This document shows positions 51,397 to 61,846 of a stretch of 64,000 nt of DNA, piece by piece. The first letter of the stretch is position 1. Each line of letters opens with the position of its first letter. A program made the position numbers and the translations under genes. Source of the stretch: Candidatus Bathyarchaeia archaeon (GTDB lineage: Archaea > Thermoproteota > Bathyarchaeia > Bathyarchaeales > Bathycorpusculaceae); the NCBI GenBank assembly GCA_049512935.1, contig JBEKWR010000005.1, positions 32,001-96,000 on the forward strand, in the 5' to 3' direction. A model generated the notes under the pieces. It saw only the letters and a list, made by a program, of their open reading frames with translations, was not told the origin of the DNA and did no database searches.

Positions 51397-51819
51397 CTAC
51401 TTAGAAGTTTGAATGTGATAGAGGTAGAAGGTTTTGTGTCCATTTTGGCATTCGGGAATTTCATCCGCTTTTAACGTTTTCAGCCAGTCATCAACCTTGG
51501 AGAACCCAGATCTTGCAACGAAAAACCCCAAGTTAGAAGGCATCGTGTTCAACGGAGACGCTACGTTAAATATCCTGACGGAAAACCCTGCTTGTGAGCC
51601 TTGTTCGTCAACTGGGGAGTCAGGGGTGTTTTTGCAGATTTCAACGAACTCTTCGAACTCGATCTTTAGGTTGGCGTCGTAATCCTTAATCCTGTAGTAT
51701 TTGTACTGTGGATTTTCAACTTCTACTAACACGTAGACGTCGCCTTTTTTCTTAAGATATTCAAGAGCGTTAGGGTCGATTTCGATTTCTAAAACATCTG
51801 AGCTAGTGTTTTCGATCAT
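51397..51819 (-). CDS. Hypothetical protein
   Basis: 140-aa ORF with GGTGA upstream. Confidence 0.65.
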   Translation of the reverse strand: MIENTSSDVLEIEIDPNALEYLKKKGDVYVLVEVENPQYKYYRIKDYDANLKIEFEEFVEICKNTPDSPVDEQGSQAGFSVRIFNVASPLNTMPSNLGFFVARSGFSKVDDWLKTLKADEIPECQNGHKTFYLYHIQTSK

Positions 51820-52121
51820 CCTTTTTCACCCAGTCTATGAGCCACCGATCAATTACCTGCATCTTTGGTTTAATATTTAACAGTTTAGCTAAAAACCCTC
51901 TTGCTGAACCGACTTCTGGTTGAACCCCTTGAACCCTTGGCTTCTCTGGATGTTCTCCAAGTGGCTGCCGACCGCTCCGTCCCGACCAAACGTTGAAGCC
52001 TGCTCACGGGTCAACCTCGCGAATACTCGTCGGCTGCACGGCAGGGTCAAAAATGGATTTCGCATAAACTTAAAACTTTGATTTCGCTTATTTTCATCAT
52101 CGCAGGCACGGTGCATGTAAC

Positions 52122-52964
52122 TTGGCGGTTTCTGTTACCAAGGCAGATGGTTCTAAACAGTTGTTTGATAGAGAAAAGATTGTGCAGACTTGTTTGAGGA
52201 TGGGCGCGAACATTCAGGTTGCCGAGCAAGTTGCAGGGCGGGTTGAAAGAAGACTGTACGAGGGCATGGCTACTCGAGTGATTCTTAGCCTTGTTTTCCA
52301 GTTCCTTCGAGAATATAAGCCTGGCGTCAGGCATCTCTTTGACTTAAGGCGAGGCATAAGCCTGATGGAGCCTAAGCCTGAATTCGAAAGGTTCGTGCGA
52401 GTCTTATTAGCTCACAGCGGCTTCGAGGTTACGCCTAACCAGGTTCTCAGGGGAAAATGCGGTGAACACGAGGTTGACGGCGTTGCCAAGAAGGACGGCG
52501 TCACGTATTTTGTGGAAGTGAAACATCATTCCAGCTATCACGCTTTAACGGGGCTGGATGAAAGCCGCATTGCACAGGCTGTGCTGGAGGACGCCGCTGA
52601 CGGTTTTGCCATCGGCGTGAACGACCTGAAGATTGACCGCGCCATGATAGTGACTAACACCAGGTACTCGGAGCATGCGATACAATACGGAAGATGCAAG
52701 AACATCCTGCAGATTGGGTGGAGTTCGCCTCAATACCTTGGTTTAAGAGATATGATTGAGAAAGGCAGGTTGTATCCGCTGAGTTGCCTCCGAGGCGTAA
52801 ACCACGAGGCGAGGATGAGGCTTGTCAACTCGGGGATGATGCTTATAAAAGAGTTACTTAACCAAGACCCAGGAGCGTTAGCGGTGAAAACAGGGTTGCC
52901 GCGGGAAATCGTTGGGGAAATCATGGAAAAAGCCCGGCAGAGCGCAAACGAACTATGGCTTTAG
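52122..52964 (+). CDS. ATP-cone + Mrr-like PD-(D/E)XK nuclease domain protein
   Basis: VTKADGSKQLFDREKI; FERFV..HEVDGVA..VEVKHH; VTNTRYS. Confidence 0.85.
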   Translation: MAVSVTKADGSKQLFDREKIVQTCLRMGANIQVAEQVAGRVERRLYEGMATRVILSLVFQFLREYKPGVRHLFDLRRGISLMEPKPEFERFVRVLLAHSGFEVTPNQVLRGKCGEHEVDGVAKKDGVTYFVEVKHHSSYHALTGLDESRIAQAVLEDAADGFAIGVNDLKIDRAMIVTNTRYSEHAIQYGRCKNILQIGWSSPQYLGLRDMIEKGRLYPLSCLRGVNHEARMRLVNSGMMLIKELLNQDPGALAVKTGLPREIVGEIMEKARQSANELWL

Positions 52965-52968
52965 TGTT

Positions 52969-53292
52969 TTATTTCTTATTTGCCATTTCAACATATATCC
53001 TGCCGTTTTCAACTTTACAGCGGTAGCACTCCAGCTTCACCTGCGGAATTTCTAGGTATTCCCCGTTTCTCACGTCGAACTTCCAACCGTGGCACGGGCA
53101 CATCAACGTATAACCCGTAAGGATTCCCCCTTGAAACCTGCAGCCTGCGTGAGGGCAAAGGTTTGAAACGCCGTAAACTTCGCCGCCAACCCTTAACAGC
53201 AACACAGGCTTACCCTTAAGCCGCACAGCTTTCATCATTCCTTCCTCAAGCTCGCTCTCTTTTGCCGAAGGCAAAAAATTAGTCCTGCTCAA
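52969..53292 (-). CDS. Rieske [2Fe-2S] ferredoxin
   Basis: CPHAG...CPCHGWKFD; probable TTG start at 53292. Confidence 0.9.
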   Translation of the reverse strand: MSRTNFLPSAKESELEEGMMKAVRLKGKPVLLLRVGGEVYGVSNLCPHAGCRFQGGILTGYTLMCPCHGWKFDVRNGEYLEIPQVKLECYRCKVENGRIYVEMANKK

Positions 53293-53477
53293 ACAATGGC
53301 ACCTTTGAATGTAAGCAAGAGTCGCGTGAAAGCTCAAAAACCTTGCTCAAAAAAGCTTTTAACCGCTTTTTTACCCTAACCAATATAGGGAAAGCCGCTG
53401 GACCTAAAATACAAAAAAGATAAATGCACTGGTTTCATAATGTATTTGGTTAAAAACCGCAAGTCGCAGGACTAATC

Positions 53478-55421
53478 ATGAATTTTTTGAATTATCAAAA
53501 ATGCAGCGTCCTTCTGTTCGCCATTCTTTTAGTCGCCTTCATATTGCCCGCAACTGCAGCAGGCAACATAGAAAAGTCCTACACGGTCCAACCCCAATCA
53601 ACTATCAGCCGCCAATTCAGCCTAATCAACATTCAACCCAGACTCCTCAGCCAAACCCACAACCAAAAACTTTACGTTTCCATACCAGCCTCGCTCATCA
53701 ACTATTACGGCAACCTGACGCACATAGTAAACGGCGACAGCGACTACGTACAGTTCGTCACGCCTCAAACAGTAGCGCCAATCGCAGATTCCATCCTAAA
53801 AGTCACTGACAAGTTACCCAACAGTCAAGAGCAGTTTGCAGATGCGGTATTGGCGCTCGTCCACCAAATCCCATACAACGTAACTACTCCCAAATATCCC
53901 GTCGAAACACTTGCTGAAGACACAGGTGACTGCGTCGGACTATCACTCCTTGCCGCATCCATCATGGAAGCAGGCGGCTTAAACGTCGTTTTAATTCACT
54001 ACATCGACATAAACCCCCAGCACATGAACGTTGGGGTCTACCTGCCCTACACACCCGTCTACCATACCATCCTCATGGCACCAACAAGCTTCACATACGA
54101 CGACAAAACCTACTGGACGGCTGAAGCCACCCCTGGTGCCAACTGGAAGGTCGGAGACCAATCGCCAATGCTAGCCAACGCACAAGCAATCGTTATACCT
54201 CTCAATAACTCCGAGCAGCCGCTGCTCCAAGGGCAGGTCTCAGCCAGCTTAAACAGCAATTTACTTCCGTCATCAATAACTCTTAACCCAACTCAACAAA
54301 CAACAAGCACCGAAGTAAACGATGAACGAACCATAACAATCTCAGGCACAATCACACCCGCAATCCCCGACCAAACAGTCACCATTTACGTAGACAGCAG
54401 CAACAACAACAATGAAGCATACAACTTCTTCACGGCAGCGACTAATAATGCCGGCGATTACAGCCTGAATTGGAACTTCACCACCTCAGGCGCGTACTAC
54501 TTAACGGCAAGCTGGAACGGCGCCTCAAACTACGCAGGCTCCGACAGCCAAACAGTACCAGTGTTTATCGGACCCCAATCATACTACCAATTTGACGCAG
54601 GTTCATACAACTACATTTATGGGCAACCAAGCCTGCCAGCTTTCGCCACAGTTCCAATGCAAGGCGCCAACAGTTTTCTCTCCTTGACGATTGGCACAAA
54701 CGTTTCATTGAGCTACGATTTTATTGTGCTGCAGGCAGGACAAACGATCTCGAACGTGCAAACAATAAACGTCACAGTACCAGCAAGCATAGAAAGAGTA
54801 TTAACCTATAACGGGAGGCTGCAAACAGTAAATGTACCCGCCCACAACGAAACAGTCCCCGTAAACATACCAGACGGTTTAGCGCCATTAATGCTGCCAG
54901 ACGATTTTAACCAAACCCTCGACAACCAGTTCTGCTTCATCCTGCAAGACAAAGCGGGCAACTACGTCCTAAACGTTAACGGATTAAGCCAAGACGACCT
55001 ATCCAACATGCAAGCCTACGCAGCCATCACAAACGCCACATCAAACATAAAACAGGACACATGGTACCATGTAACCACAAAGGCAACGGGCAACACATCA
55101 ACTACCAACTTGGAAAATAGCAACGGCACAATAATAGAAAACACAAGCACCCAAAACAGCAACAACCAAACAGTGCTGCTCATAACAAACAATGAAGACA
55201 CCGCCATAGTGCTCAAAAACCTAACAATCCAAACCCAAAACAGCCCAGTCCAGACGCCACAAGCCACGCAAAAACCAACCAGCAACCCCTTAAACGAAAC
55301 CATAGCATTATACGTGTTTGCGTCGTTTTTGGCAGCGGCAACAGTAGCCTTGCTTTACGCGAGGAGACAAAGAAAAACCCAAAGACAGACAGAGAACAAT
55401 CAAAGCCGAGTTTTTAAGTAG
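53478..55421 (+). CDS. Membrane-anchored secreted protein with transglutaminase-like domain
   Basis: Signal peptide; YPVETL..GDCVGLSLL, HMNVGV, AEAT; Ig-like region; C-terminal TM + RRQRK. Confidence 0.8.
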   Translation: MNFLNYQKCSVLLFAILLVAFILPATAAGNIEKSYTVQPQSTISRQFSLINIQPRLLSQTHNQKLYVSIPASLINYYGNLTHIVNGDSDYVQFVTPQTVAPIADSILKVTDKLPNSQEQFADAVLALVHQIPYNVTTPKYPVETLAEDTGDCVGLSLLAASIMEAGGLNVVLIHYIDINPQHMNVGVYLPYTPVYHTILMAPTSFTYDDKTYWTAEATPGANWKVGDQSPMLANAQAIVIPLNNSEQPLLQGQVSASLNSNLLPSSITLNPTQQTTSTEVNDERTITISGTITPAIPDQTVTIYVDSSNNNNEAYNFFTAATNNAGDYSLNWNFTTSGAYYLTASWNGASNYAGSDSQTVPVFIGPQSYYQFDAGSYNYIYGQPSLPAFATVPMQGANSFLSLTIGTNVSLSYDFIVLQAGQTISNVQTINVTVPASIERVLTYNGRLQTVNVPAHNETVPVNIPDGLAPLMLPDDFNQTLDNQFCFILQDKAGNYVLNVNGLSQDDLSNMQAYAAITNATSNIKQDTWYHVTTKATGNTSTTNLENSNGTIIENTSTQNSNNQTVLLITNNEDTAIVLKNLTIQTQNSPVQTPQATQKPTSNPLNETIALYVFASFLAAATVALLYARRQRKTQRQTENNQSRVFK

Positions 55422-55680
55422 TTACGTGTGCTTGTTTGCCTGTTTGGCTCTTCTAGATGCTTCTATTCGGATCGTCTAGTGAACCTATAGAGGCTGGACG
55501 CAAAAAGAAAATAGGCAAGAAGAAGCCTAATCCAGACTAAGCAGTCTACGCGATTGTTGATGATGATGAAGATGATGACACAACTGTTTCCCACACGCTC
55601 AAAGACCTAAGCCTCGCTTCAAGGTTGTTGATGATGAAGGAGTATTTTCCTTCTTTCTGGAAACAATAACGTCTAGTAGA

Positions 55681-55801
55681 CGCCTACCGATAGGGTACCC
55701 CATTTTTACATCAAAAATCAATGCTAAAACGGGTTTAAAGAGCCGACCCTGAGAGGAGGTCTACTATTTGTGACAAAAAACCGCCACAAAAAGCGGTTCA
55801 G
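55681..55801 (+). repeat. Hairpin-unit repeat, left copy
   Basis: 55731-55801 is the exact reverse complement of 62942-63012; 55681-55735 resembles the reverse complement of 63063-63122. Confidence 0.92.
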
Positions 55802-55837
55802 AAAAAACGTGGAAGAGGCGGCGGTGCACAGCGCCGT

Positions 55838-56506
55838 TTAGGGTTGGGCTTTGGCTCTTATCGGGATTCTTGTGAAGGCGTGGATGGTTGATTCGTGGTA
55901 CCAAGCGTCAGGGTTCTGGTACTTAACGACAGGCGTCACATGCCGCAACCGCTCAGCCTCCTTCGCCTCCAAACTGCTGATGACGTCGATCAAGACTTCA
56001 CGATGCTCCTCCTTCTGCTCCACAAACGAGTCGAAAACACGCCTGAAGTTGTTGGAGCTCTGCGGATTCAACTTGGAAAACTCGTCAGCCACAAACTTAG
56101 TTGTCGAAGACTGCAAATAGCTAGTGTACGCCTCATTAATCAAATCCTCCATGTTGATAAGCTCACTTAAAACCTCACAGGTCAGCAACGTGCTCAAATT
56201 GTTAATCTTACCGATAACCCGAGAAAACGTCGCAACCTCAACAGTCAACTCCGCAATCTCCTTCTTACACTCACCCCCCTCAACCTCCGAAAGATCAAGG
56301 TGAGAAAGCATCCCCTGAAGAATCTTTGCACACTTAAGACTGTCATAGGCTAAACCCAAAATAAAACTACTCTCAGGCTGGTTTACCTTCTTGGACAGAA
56401 CCTCATAAACCCGAAAAGACTCAACCTCAAGATTGTTAAAACACCTCAAATACTGAGCGCTCTCTTGCAACTTTTCATTCATGTCAGGCAGCTCCGAAAA
56501 AAACAT
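55838..56506 (-). CDS. Hypothetical protein, ferritin-like helical
   Basis: LEVESFRVYEVL..DSLKCAKIL and MEDLINEAY..EEHREVL pattern. Confidence 0.6.
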   Translation of the reverse strand: MFFSELPDMNEKLQESAQYLRCFNNLEVESFRVYEVLSKKVNQPESSFILGLAYDSLKCAKILQGMLSHLDLSEVEGGECKKEIAELTVEVATFSRVIGKINNLSTLLTCEVLSELINMEDLINEAYTSYLQSSTTKFVADEFSKLNPQSSNNFRRVFDSFVEQKEEHREVLIDVISSLEAKEAERLRHVTPVVKYQNPDAWYHESTIHAFTRIPIRAKAQP

Positions 56507-56627
56507 GTATAGGGAATCTTAATAAGGATTATTGATTCCGGCTTCAACTTCATGTCTGTTCAACACGGCTACAAAATCCCACGAAGAAAACCGCGAATCA
56601 ATCAGGCTCAACCACGAATCGCGCGGG

Positions 56628-57038
56628 TCACGAGCTACGCAGTACAATCATCGTGTTGGTTTTGACGATGCCTTCCACCATGCGGATCTTTTCTATACAC
56701 TCGTTAACTTCCGTCATGTTCATACCGCCGATGACGGCAACAATGTCGTATTCGCCGCTGACCTCATAAGTTGTCTCAACGTTCGGAATCGCCTGAACCT
56801 TCTTCGAAACCTCCTGCGTCGGATACGCCGGGTTGGCGGTTAGCAAAGTTATGGCCTGCGCGCCTTCCGCAAGGCTAATCTTCACAGTGAATTTGCGGAT
56901 AACCCCCTCGTCAGTCAACGTTTTAATTCTTTTCCGCACCGCGCCCTCCGACAACCCAACTTTCGCCCCTATGTCCCCGAAGCCTGCTCGCGCATTGTCT
57001 TTAAGAAGCTTGATTATTTCCTTGTCTTTAATGTCCAT
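56628..57038 (-). CDS. lysM: Lrp/AsnC regulator (LysM-like)
   Basis: IGAKVGLSEGAVRKRIKTL..GVI HTH; RAM domain; divergent from lysW. Confidence 0.85.
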   Translation of the reverse strand: MDIKDKEIIKLLKDNARAGFGDIGAKVGLSEGAVRKRIKTLTDEGVIRKFTVKISLAEGAQAITLLTANPAYPTQEVSKKVQAIPNVETTYEVSGEYDIVAVIGGMNMTEVNECIEKIRMVEGIVKTNTMIVLRSS

Positions 57039-57314
57039 TGAATAACGCCGAATGGTTATTATTGCAGCAAAAATTTAACGGTTTCCCTTGCAGAGCTTCG
57101 ACGTACGGTTCGTTTTCCGCATTTTTCGTGGGTTAACTGTTTCCTAAATCGCGTGCTTGCTAGATGCACCAAATGGAACATTACTGGCTCAAGTTGTAAC
57201 AATTTAGTCACAACGTTTAAATTTGGAATTAGAATTAATGAAAAAGTCATTTCCCATAAAAAATAAAGTGACGAATAAAAAATGATTAAACCTGTAAATT
57301 CAAACATCCAAAAC

Positions 57315-57488
57315 ATGAAGGCAAGATGCCCCGACTGTGACGCAGAGCTTGACGTTCCAGCAGACACGGAGAAAGGAGAAATCCTCAGTTGCCCGGGTTG
57401 CGGGCTTGAACTTGAAGTTAAACAAGTTAAGGGCGGATGCGTAGACCTTCAAGAGTTAACGATTGAAGGGGAAGACTGGGGAGAATAA
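57315..57488 (+). CDS. lysW: LysW amino-group carrier protein
   Basis: CPDC..CPGC zinc ribbon and C-terminal EDWGE. Confidence 0.97.
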   Translation: MKARCPDCDAELDVPADTEKGEILSCPGCGLELEVKQVKGGCVDLQELTIEGEDWGE

Positions 57489-57557
57489 GCAGTATTCACC
57501 GCTAAGCCCTCATTTAACACGGTTTTTTGAATATTTTTTGTTGGAAGCGGAGAAGCG

Positions 57558-58742
57558 ATGAGCATTGCTCTTTTGTATGAACGTTCAGAAAACGACGAAA
57601 ACGGCATCAAACTAACCGCGCAACAATTAGATGTTGACTTGACTTTTCTGCCCTTCAGAAAAATCGCCTTCTCAATTTCCAAAGACGGCGTTACGGCTAA
57701 AACAAAAGGCAGAGACTACACGGAAGCGCTCAAAAACGTCGCCGTCGTGCTTAACCGTGCGCAAAGCAAAAACCGCCGTCTCCAAGCTTCGTACATCATG
57801 GAGCAGCTTGGCAAAAAAACTTTAAACACCTCTCAAGCCGAGTTTGTCTGCTACAGCAAACTGCGCACGCTTCTGAACCTTTGGAAGGCAGGTATACCGA
57901 TTCCAAAGACAGTCTACGTTCCCTGCGACTCGACAGACACGCTGAAGAATGGACAGGAAATCCATAACGAGAAGGATATTGCAGAACTGTTCCAGAAAGA
58001 AATTTCCCTGTCAGACGGCATAGTGATTAAGGCTGACGCTGGAACTCACGGCAAGATGATTATGCTAGCTAAAAACACTGAAGAGCTCATCGCGAACATA
58101 AAGGAAACAAAGCCGTCAATCATTAACCCTGTCGGCGTAGTCGCACAGGAACTCGTTGAAAAATGGTTTTACGACCTTCGGATAATCGTCTCAAAAGAAA
58201 AAGGCAAACAACCTGTTTGCTACCCCACCGCGATGGCGCGAGCCGGCTTTAAAGATTTTAGAACAAACACCTTTTTGGGCAACTTGGTTTTCGGTACCAA
58301 ACTTCCCAAAAGTGTTCAGGAACTCGCGGTAAAATGCGGCAAGACCCTTGGCAAAGGCAGCGAAGCTTGGATTTTTGCCTTGGACGCGATGGTGAATGTA
58401 AAAGGAGAAAAAACTGCAGATGATGCGTACGTTAAAGCTCAGTTGGACAAGGCTGGGCAAGCGTTTTTGCCAGTGCAGAAAGTAAAGCGGGATGAGGGAC
58501 GCCTGACTGATTTTTCATTATGGACATCTAAGCTGGAAAAAGCGTTTCAGGTTTACGCGAACAGCGAGTGTTACGAAAATATCAAGAACGTTATTGAAGA
58601 AAGTGTAGAAAAAAAGAAGAGCGCCTTAGTGTTTCATGAATCAAATTCGTGCCCCGAGTTTTGGGAGAACACTCGGCTTACGACCGGCCTTAACGTTGCA
58701 GTTCCCCTCTTGAAGGGCGCTCAAAGCTTAATCGACCATTAA
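57558..58742 (+). CDS. lysX: LysX/ArgX-like ATP-grasp ligase
   Basis: GIPIPKT, QELV..DLRIIV, FRTN, ESNSCPEF; follows lysW. Confidence 0.85.
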   Translation: MSIALLYERSENDENGIKLTAQQLDVDLTFLPFRKIAFSISKDGVTAKTKGRDYTEALKNVAVVLNRAQSKNRRLQASYIMEQLGKKTLNTSQAEFVCYSKLRTLLNLWKAGIPIPKTVYVPCDSTDTLKNGQEIHNEKDIAELFQKEISLSDGIVIKADAGTHGKMIMLAKNTEELIANIKETKPSIINPVGVVAQELVEKWFYDLRIIVSKEKGKQPVCYPTAMARAGFKDFRTNTFLGNLVFGTKLPKSVQELAVKCGKTLGKGSEAWIFALDAMVNVKGEKTADDAYVKAQLDKAGQAFLPVQKVKRDEGRLTDFSLWTSKLEKAFQVYANSECYENIKNVIEESVEKKKSALVFHESNSCPEFWENTRLTTGLNVAVPLLKGAQSLIDH

Positions 58743-58768
58743 TCAAAGTATCAAGGAAAGATTGGAAA

Positions 58769-59824
58769 ATGTTGAAAATTGGAATAATAGGCGGTTCAGG
58801 ATACGTTGGCAGCGAGCTCCTGCGGCTGCTTCTTCTTCACCCGCAAGCAGAGGTAACTACAGTTACTTCTCGCCAAAGCGCAGGGGAATACGTGTTTAAT
58901 ATTCACCCAAACCTGCGGGGTTTAACTCAGCTGAAGTTTGTGCCACTGGACATTGCTGAACTGCAGAAAAACTGCGATTTAATTTTCACAGCAACACCAC
59001 ACGGCGGCTCAGTTAACCTTGTTCCCAAACTATTGGAGGCGGGCTTAAAGGTAATTGACATGAGCGCTGACTTCCGCCTCAAAAACCCAGCGGACTACGA
59101 AACCTACTATGGCTGGAAGCACGCTCACCCCGAGATGCTCAAAGACGCGGCGTACGGATTACCTGAACTTCACCGCGAAGAAATAAAAAAAGCCAAGCTC
59201 GTTGCTTGTCCCGGCTGCGAGGCAACAGCCGCCATTTTAGGTCTAGCGCCCATAGTGAAGGCGGGGCTTGTTGACGAGGACAAAATTGTGATAGACCTAA
59301 AAGTTGGGTCCTCAGGAGGAGGAAGCAAACCATCGGTGTCTTCACATCACCCTGAACGGGCAAGCGGAGTACGACCATACAAGGTTGTTGGGCACCGCCA
59401 CATCGCCGAGGTTGAGCAAGAACTGGACGCTTTAGCAAAGGAGCCAGTGATAATCTCTTTCACGCCGCACGCCGTAAACATGATTCGGGGAATCCTTGCA
59501 ACAATCCACACGTTCCCGAAGCAAAAACTGGAGAACAAAGACCTTTGGCGTGCCTTCCGCGGAATGTACGGCAATGAACCGTTCATACGCTTAGTGAAGT
59601 ACCAAAAAGGACCATATCAGCTGCCTGACCCCAAAGTCACCTTAGGCACAAACTTCTGCGACATCGGCTTCGAAATTGACGAGCATGCAAATCGGCTTTT
59701 GCTTTTCTCTGCACTGGATAACATGTGCAAAGGCGCTTCAGGGCAAGGCGTACAATGCATGAACATCCTTATGGGCTTTGACGAGACAGCTGGGCTAAAA
59801 AGCACTGGTTTCCACCCGATGTGA
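58769..59824 (+). CDS. lysY: LysW-gamma-acyl-phosphate reductase (LysY/ArgC)
   Basis: GGSGYVG, DMSADFRL, YGLPEL, ACPGC, DNMCKGASGQ motifs. Confidence 0.95.
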   Translation: MLKIGIIGGSGYVGSELLRLLLLHPQAEVTTVTSRQSAGEYVFNIHPNLRGLTQLKFVPLDIAELQKNCDLIFTATPHGGSVNLVPKLLEAGLKVIDMSADFRLKNPADYETYYGWKHAHPEMLKDAAYGLPELHREEIKKAKLVACPGCEATAAILGLAPIVKAGLVDEDKIVIDLKVGSSGGGSKPSVSSHHPERASGVRPYKVVGHRHIAEVEQELDALAKEPVIISFTPHAVNMIRGILATIHTFPKQKLENKDLWRAFRGMYGNEPFIRLVKYQKGPYQLPDPKVTLGTNFCDIGFEIDEHANRLLLFSALDNMCKGASGQGVQCMNILMGFDETAGLKSTGFHPM

Positions 59825-60639
59825 TAGCTATGCTGCTTGTAATTAAGATGGGTGGAAGCATACTCAAAGAGGGGGCGTCCCAAGACTTGGTCGCAGACCT
59901 TAAAGAAGTGACCAAAACCAACAAAGTCGTTTTAGTCCACGGCGGCGGCGTGGAAGTCACCGAAGTCGCTTCTAAACTTGGGAAGGAGCAGAAGTTCATT
60001 GTTTCACCCGAGGGATTCAGAAGCCGCTACACCGATAAGGAAACAATAGAGATTTACACCATGGTTATGGCTGGCAAAATCAACAAGCAAATCGTTTTGG
60101 CCCTGCAGAGCCAAGGCATCCCGGCGGTGGGCATAACTGGGTTAGATGCGGCGACGTTGAAGGCTGAGCGGAAAACCAAGCTTATCGCGGTTGATGAGCG
60201 TGGACGCAAGAAGGTTATCGACGGCGGCTACACTGGAAAGATTACGCAGGTTAACAGTGGATTGCTCTCTCTTTTGCTTGAGAGGGGTTATGTGCCGATT
60301 GTGACGCCTATCGCGGTTAGCCAAGACTTTGAACCTCTTAACGTGGACGGCGACCGAACAGCGGCGGTAATTGCTGGCGCCCTGAAGGCTGACCGCCTGA
60401 TTCTACTCACCGATGTGCAGGGCTTGATGCTTAAGGGTGAATGTGTTTCCAAGATTGCTGCAACCGAGGTTAAAGAGGTCTTGTCAAGCGTCGGTCAGGG
60501 CATGAGCACTAAGGTGCACGCGGCGTTGGAGGCGTTGAACCAGGGCGTCAAAGAGGTCATTGTCACTGCAGGCGCTGGGAAAGAGCCTATAAGTTCAGCG
60601 TTGAATCACAAAGTGGGTACGGTGATAACTGGTGAATGA
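59821..60639 (+). CDS. lysZ: LysW-aminoadipate/glutamate kinase (LysZ/ArgB)
   Basis: IKMGGS, VHGGG, SRYTD, LNVDGDRTAA motifs. Confidence 0.95.
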   Translation: MIAMLLVIKMGGSILKEGASQDLVADLKEVTKTNKVVLVHGGGVEVTEVASKLGKEQKFIVSPEGFRSRYTDKETIEIYTMVMAGKINKQIVLALQSQGIPAVGITGLDAATLKAERKTKLIAVDERGRKKVIDGGYTGKITQVNSGLLSLLLERGYVPIVTPIAVSQDFEPLNVDGDRTAAVIAGALKADRLILLTDVQGLMLKGECVSKIAATEVKEVLSSVGQGMSTKVHAALEALNQGVKEVIVTAGAGKEPISSALNHKVGTVITGE

Positions 60640-61846
60640 ACAAGAAATAATGAATGTTGAAACGCGTTTCATGGCGAACGTTTTCTCAAAAAAACCCGTT
60701 GTCCTCACGAAGGGCAAGGGCGCGCTTGTCTGGGACATCAACGGCAAAGAATACGTGGACTGTTCAACCAGCTATGGCGTGGCTTTGCTGGGGCACTGTC
60801 ACCCGAAGGTTGTGGCGGCTATTCATGCTCAGGCGGAACAGCTTATCACCTGCCACGGCTGCTACTACAACGACAAACGCGCGGAATTCGTTGAGAAACT
60901 TGTCCACATAACGCCAAATGGCTTAGACAAGGTGTTTCTTTCTAACAGCGGCGCCGAATCGGTTGAGTGCGCCATAAAACTCGCTCGTAAATTCACTGGT
61001 AAACCAGAGGTTATCGCGTTGATGGGGGCGTTTCACGGCAAAACTATGGGGGCGCTTTCTGCAACTTGGGACAAAAAGTACCGTGAGCCTTTCATGCCGC
61101 TTCTGCCTGAAATCAAGCACGTTGCCCCCGATAATGCTGATAAAATCCGTGAGGCTATTAGCGAGAAGACGGCGGCGGTTCTTATGGAGCCTATTCGGGG
61201 GGAGGGCGGCGTTCGGGTTCCTCCTGACGGGTATTTGCAGGCAGTGCGGGAAATCTGTGATGAGAAGAATGTTCTGTTGATTTTTGATGAGGTGCAGACG
61301 AGCTTTGGGCGCACGGGTAAGCTGTTCGGTTGCCAGAATTGGGGTGTTACGCCTGACGTGATGTGTTTAGCTAAGCCGTTTGCAGGCGGTTTACCCATCG
61401 GCATAACTGTTGCTAAGGAAAATGTTATGTCAGCTCTCAAGGTTGGTGAGCACTCAACTACTTTTAGCGGTAGCCCGCTGGTTTGTGCGGCTGGATGTGC
61501 GGCGATAGATGCGCTTGTCGAGGAAAACTTGACTGACCGCGCTTTGGAGATGGGTGGTTACTTCAAGGCTGAGCTGGAGGGTTTGCAGGCAAAGCATAGA
61601 ATCGTGAAGGAAGTTCGCGGTTTAGGCTTAATGCTGGGCATGGAGCTACGCTTTGATGTTTTGAATGTTATTTTGAAGGCTGCTGAGAAGGGTGTTCTGG
61701 TTCTGGACGCGGGACGCACCGTGGTTCGTCTGTTGCCGCCTTTGGTGATTTCAAAGGAGCAGATTGACCGAGCAGTGACGGTGCTGGATGAAGTGTTGGG
61801 AGACGAGGAAAATGAGCGAGCAGGAAGCAGTACGGTTTCTAACTAA
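60632..61846 (+). CDS. lysJ: LysJ/ArgD class III aminotransferase
   Basis: SNSGAESVE, FHGKT, DEVQT, LAKP motifs. Confidence 0.95.
   Translation: MNEQEIMNVETRFMANVFSKKPVVLTKGKGALVWDINGKEYVDCSTSYGVALLGHCHPKVVAAIHAQAEQLITCHGCYYNDKRAEFVEKLVHITPNGLDKVFLSNSGAESVECAIKLARKFTGKPEVIALMGAFHGKTMGALSATWDKKYREPFMPLLPEIKHVAPDNADKIREAISEKTAAVLMEPIRGEGGVRVPPDGYLQAVREICDEKNVLLIFDEVQTSFGRTGKLFGCQNWGVTPDVMCLAKPFAGGLPIGITVAKENVMSALKVGEHSTTFSGSPLVCAAGCAAIDALVEENLTDRALEMGGYFKAELEGLQAKHRIVKEVRGLGLMLGMELRFDVLNVILKAAEKGVLVLDAGRTVVRLLPPLVISKEQIDRAVTVLDEVLGDEENERAGSSTVSN

Noticed and set aside
51889-52030. GC-richer fragment encoding HLENIQRSQGFKGFNQKSV
   Set aside because: It looks like a gene remnant, but I cannot assign a family or a start from the sequence.
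55555-55640. TGATGA runs as C/D-box sRNA or a receiver-domain remnant (IVDDDEDD)
   Set aside because: No properly spaced CTGA D boxes and no credible ORF; low-complexity sequence.
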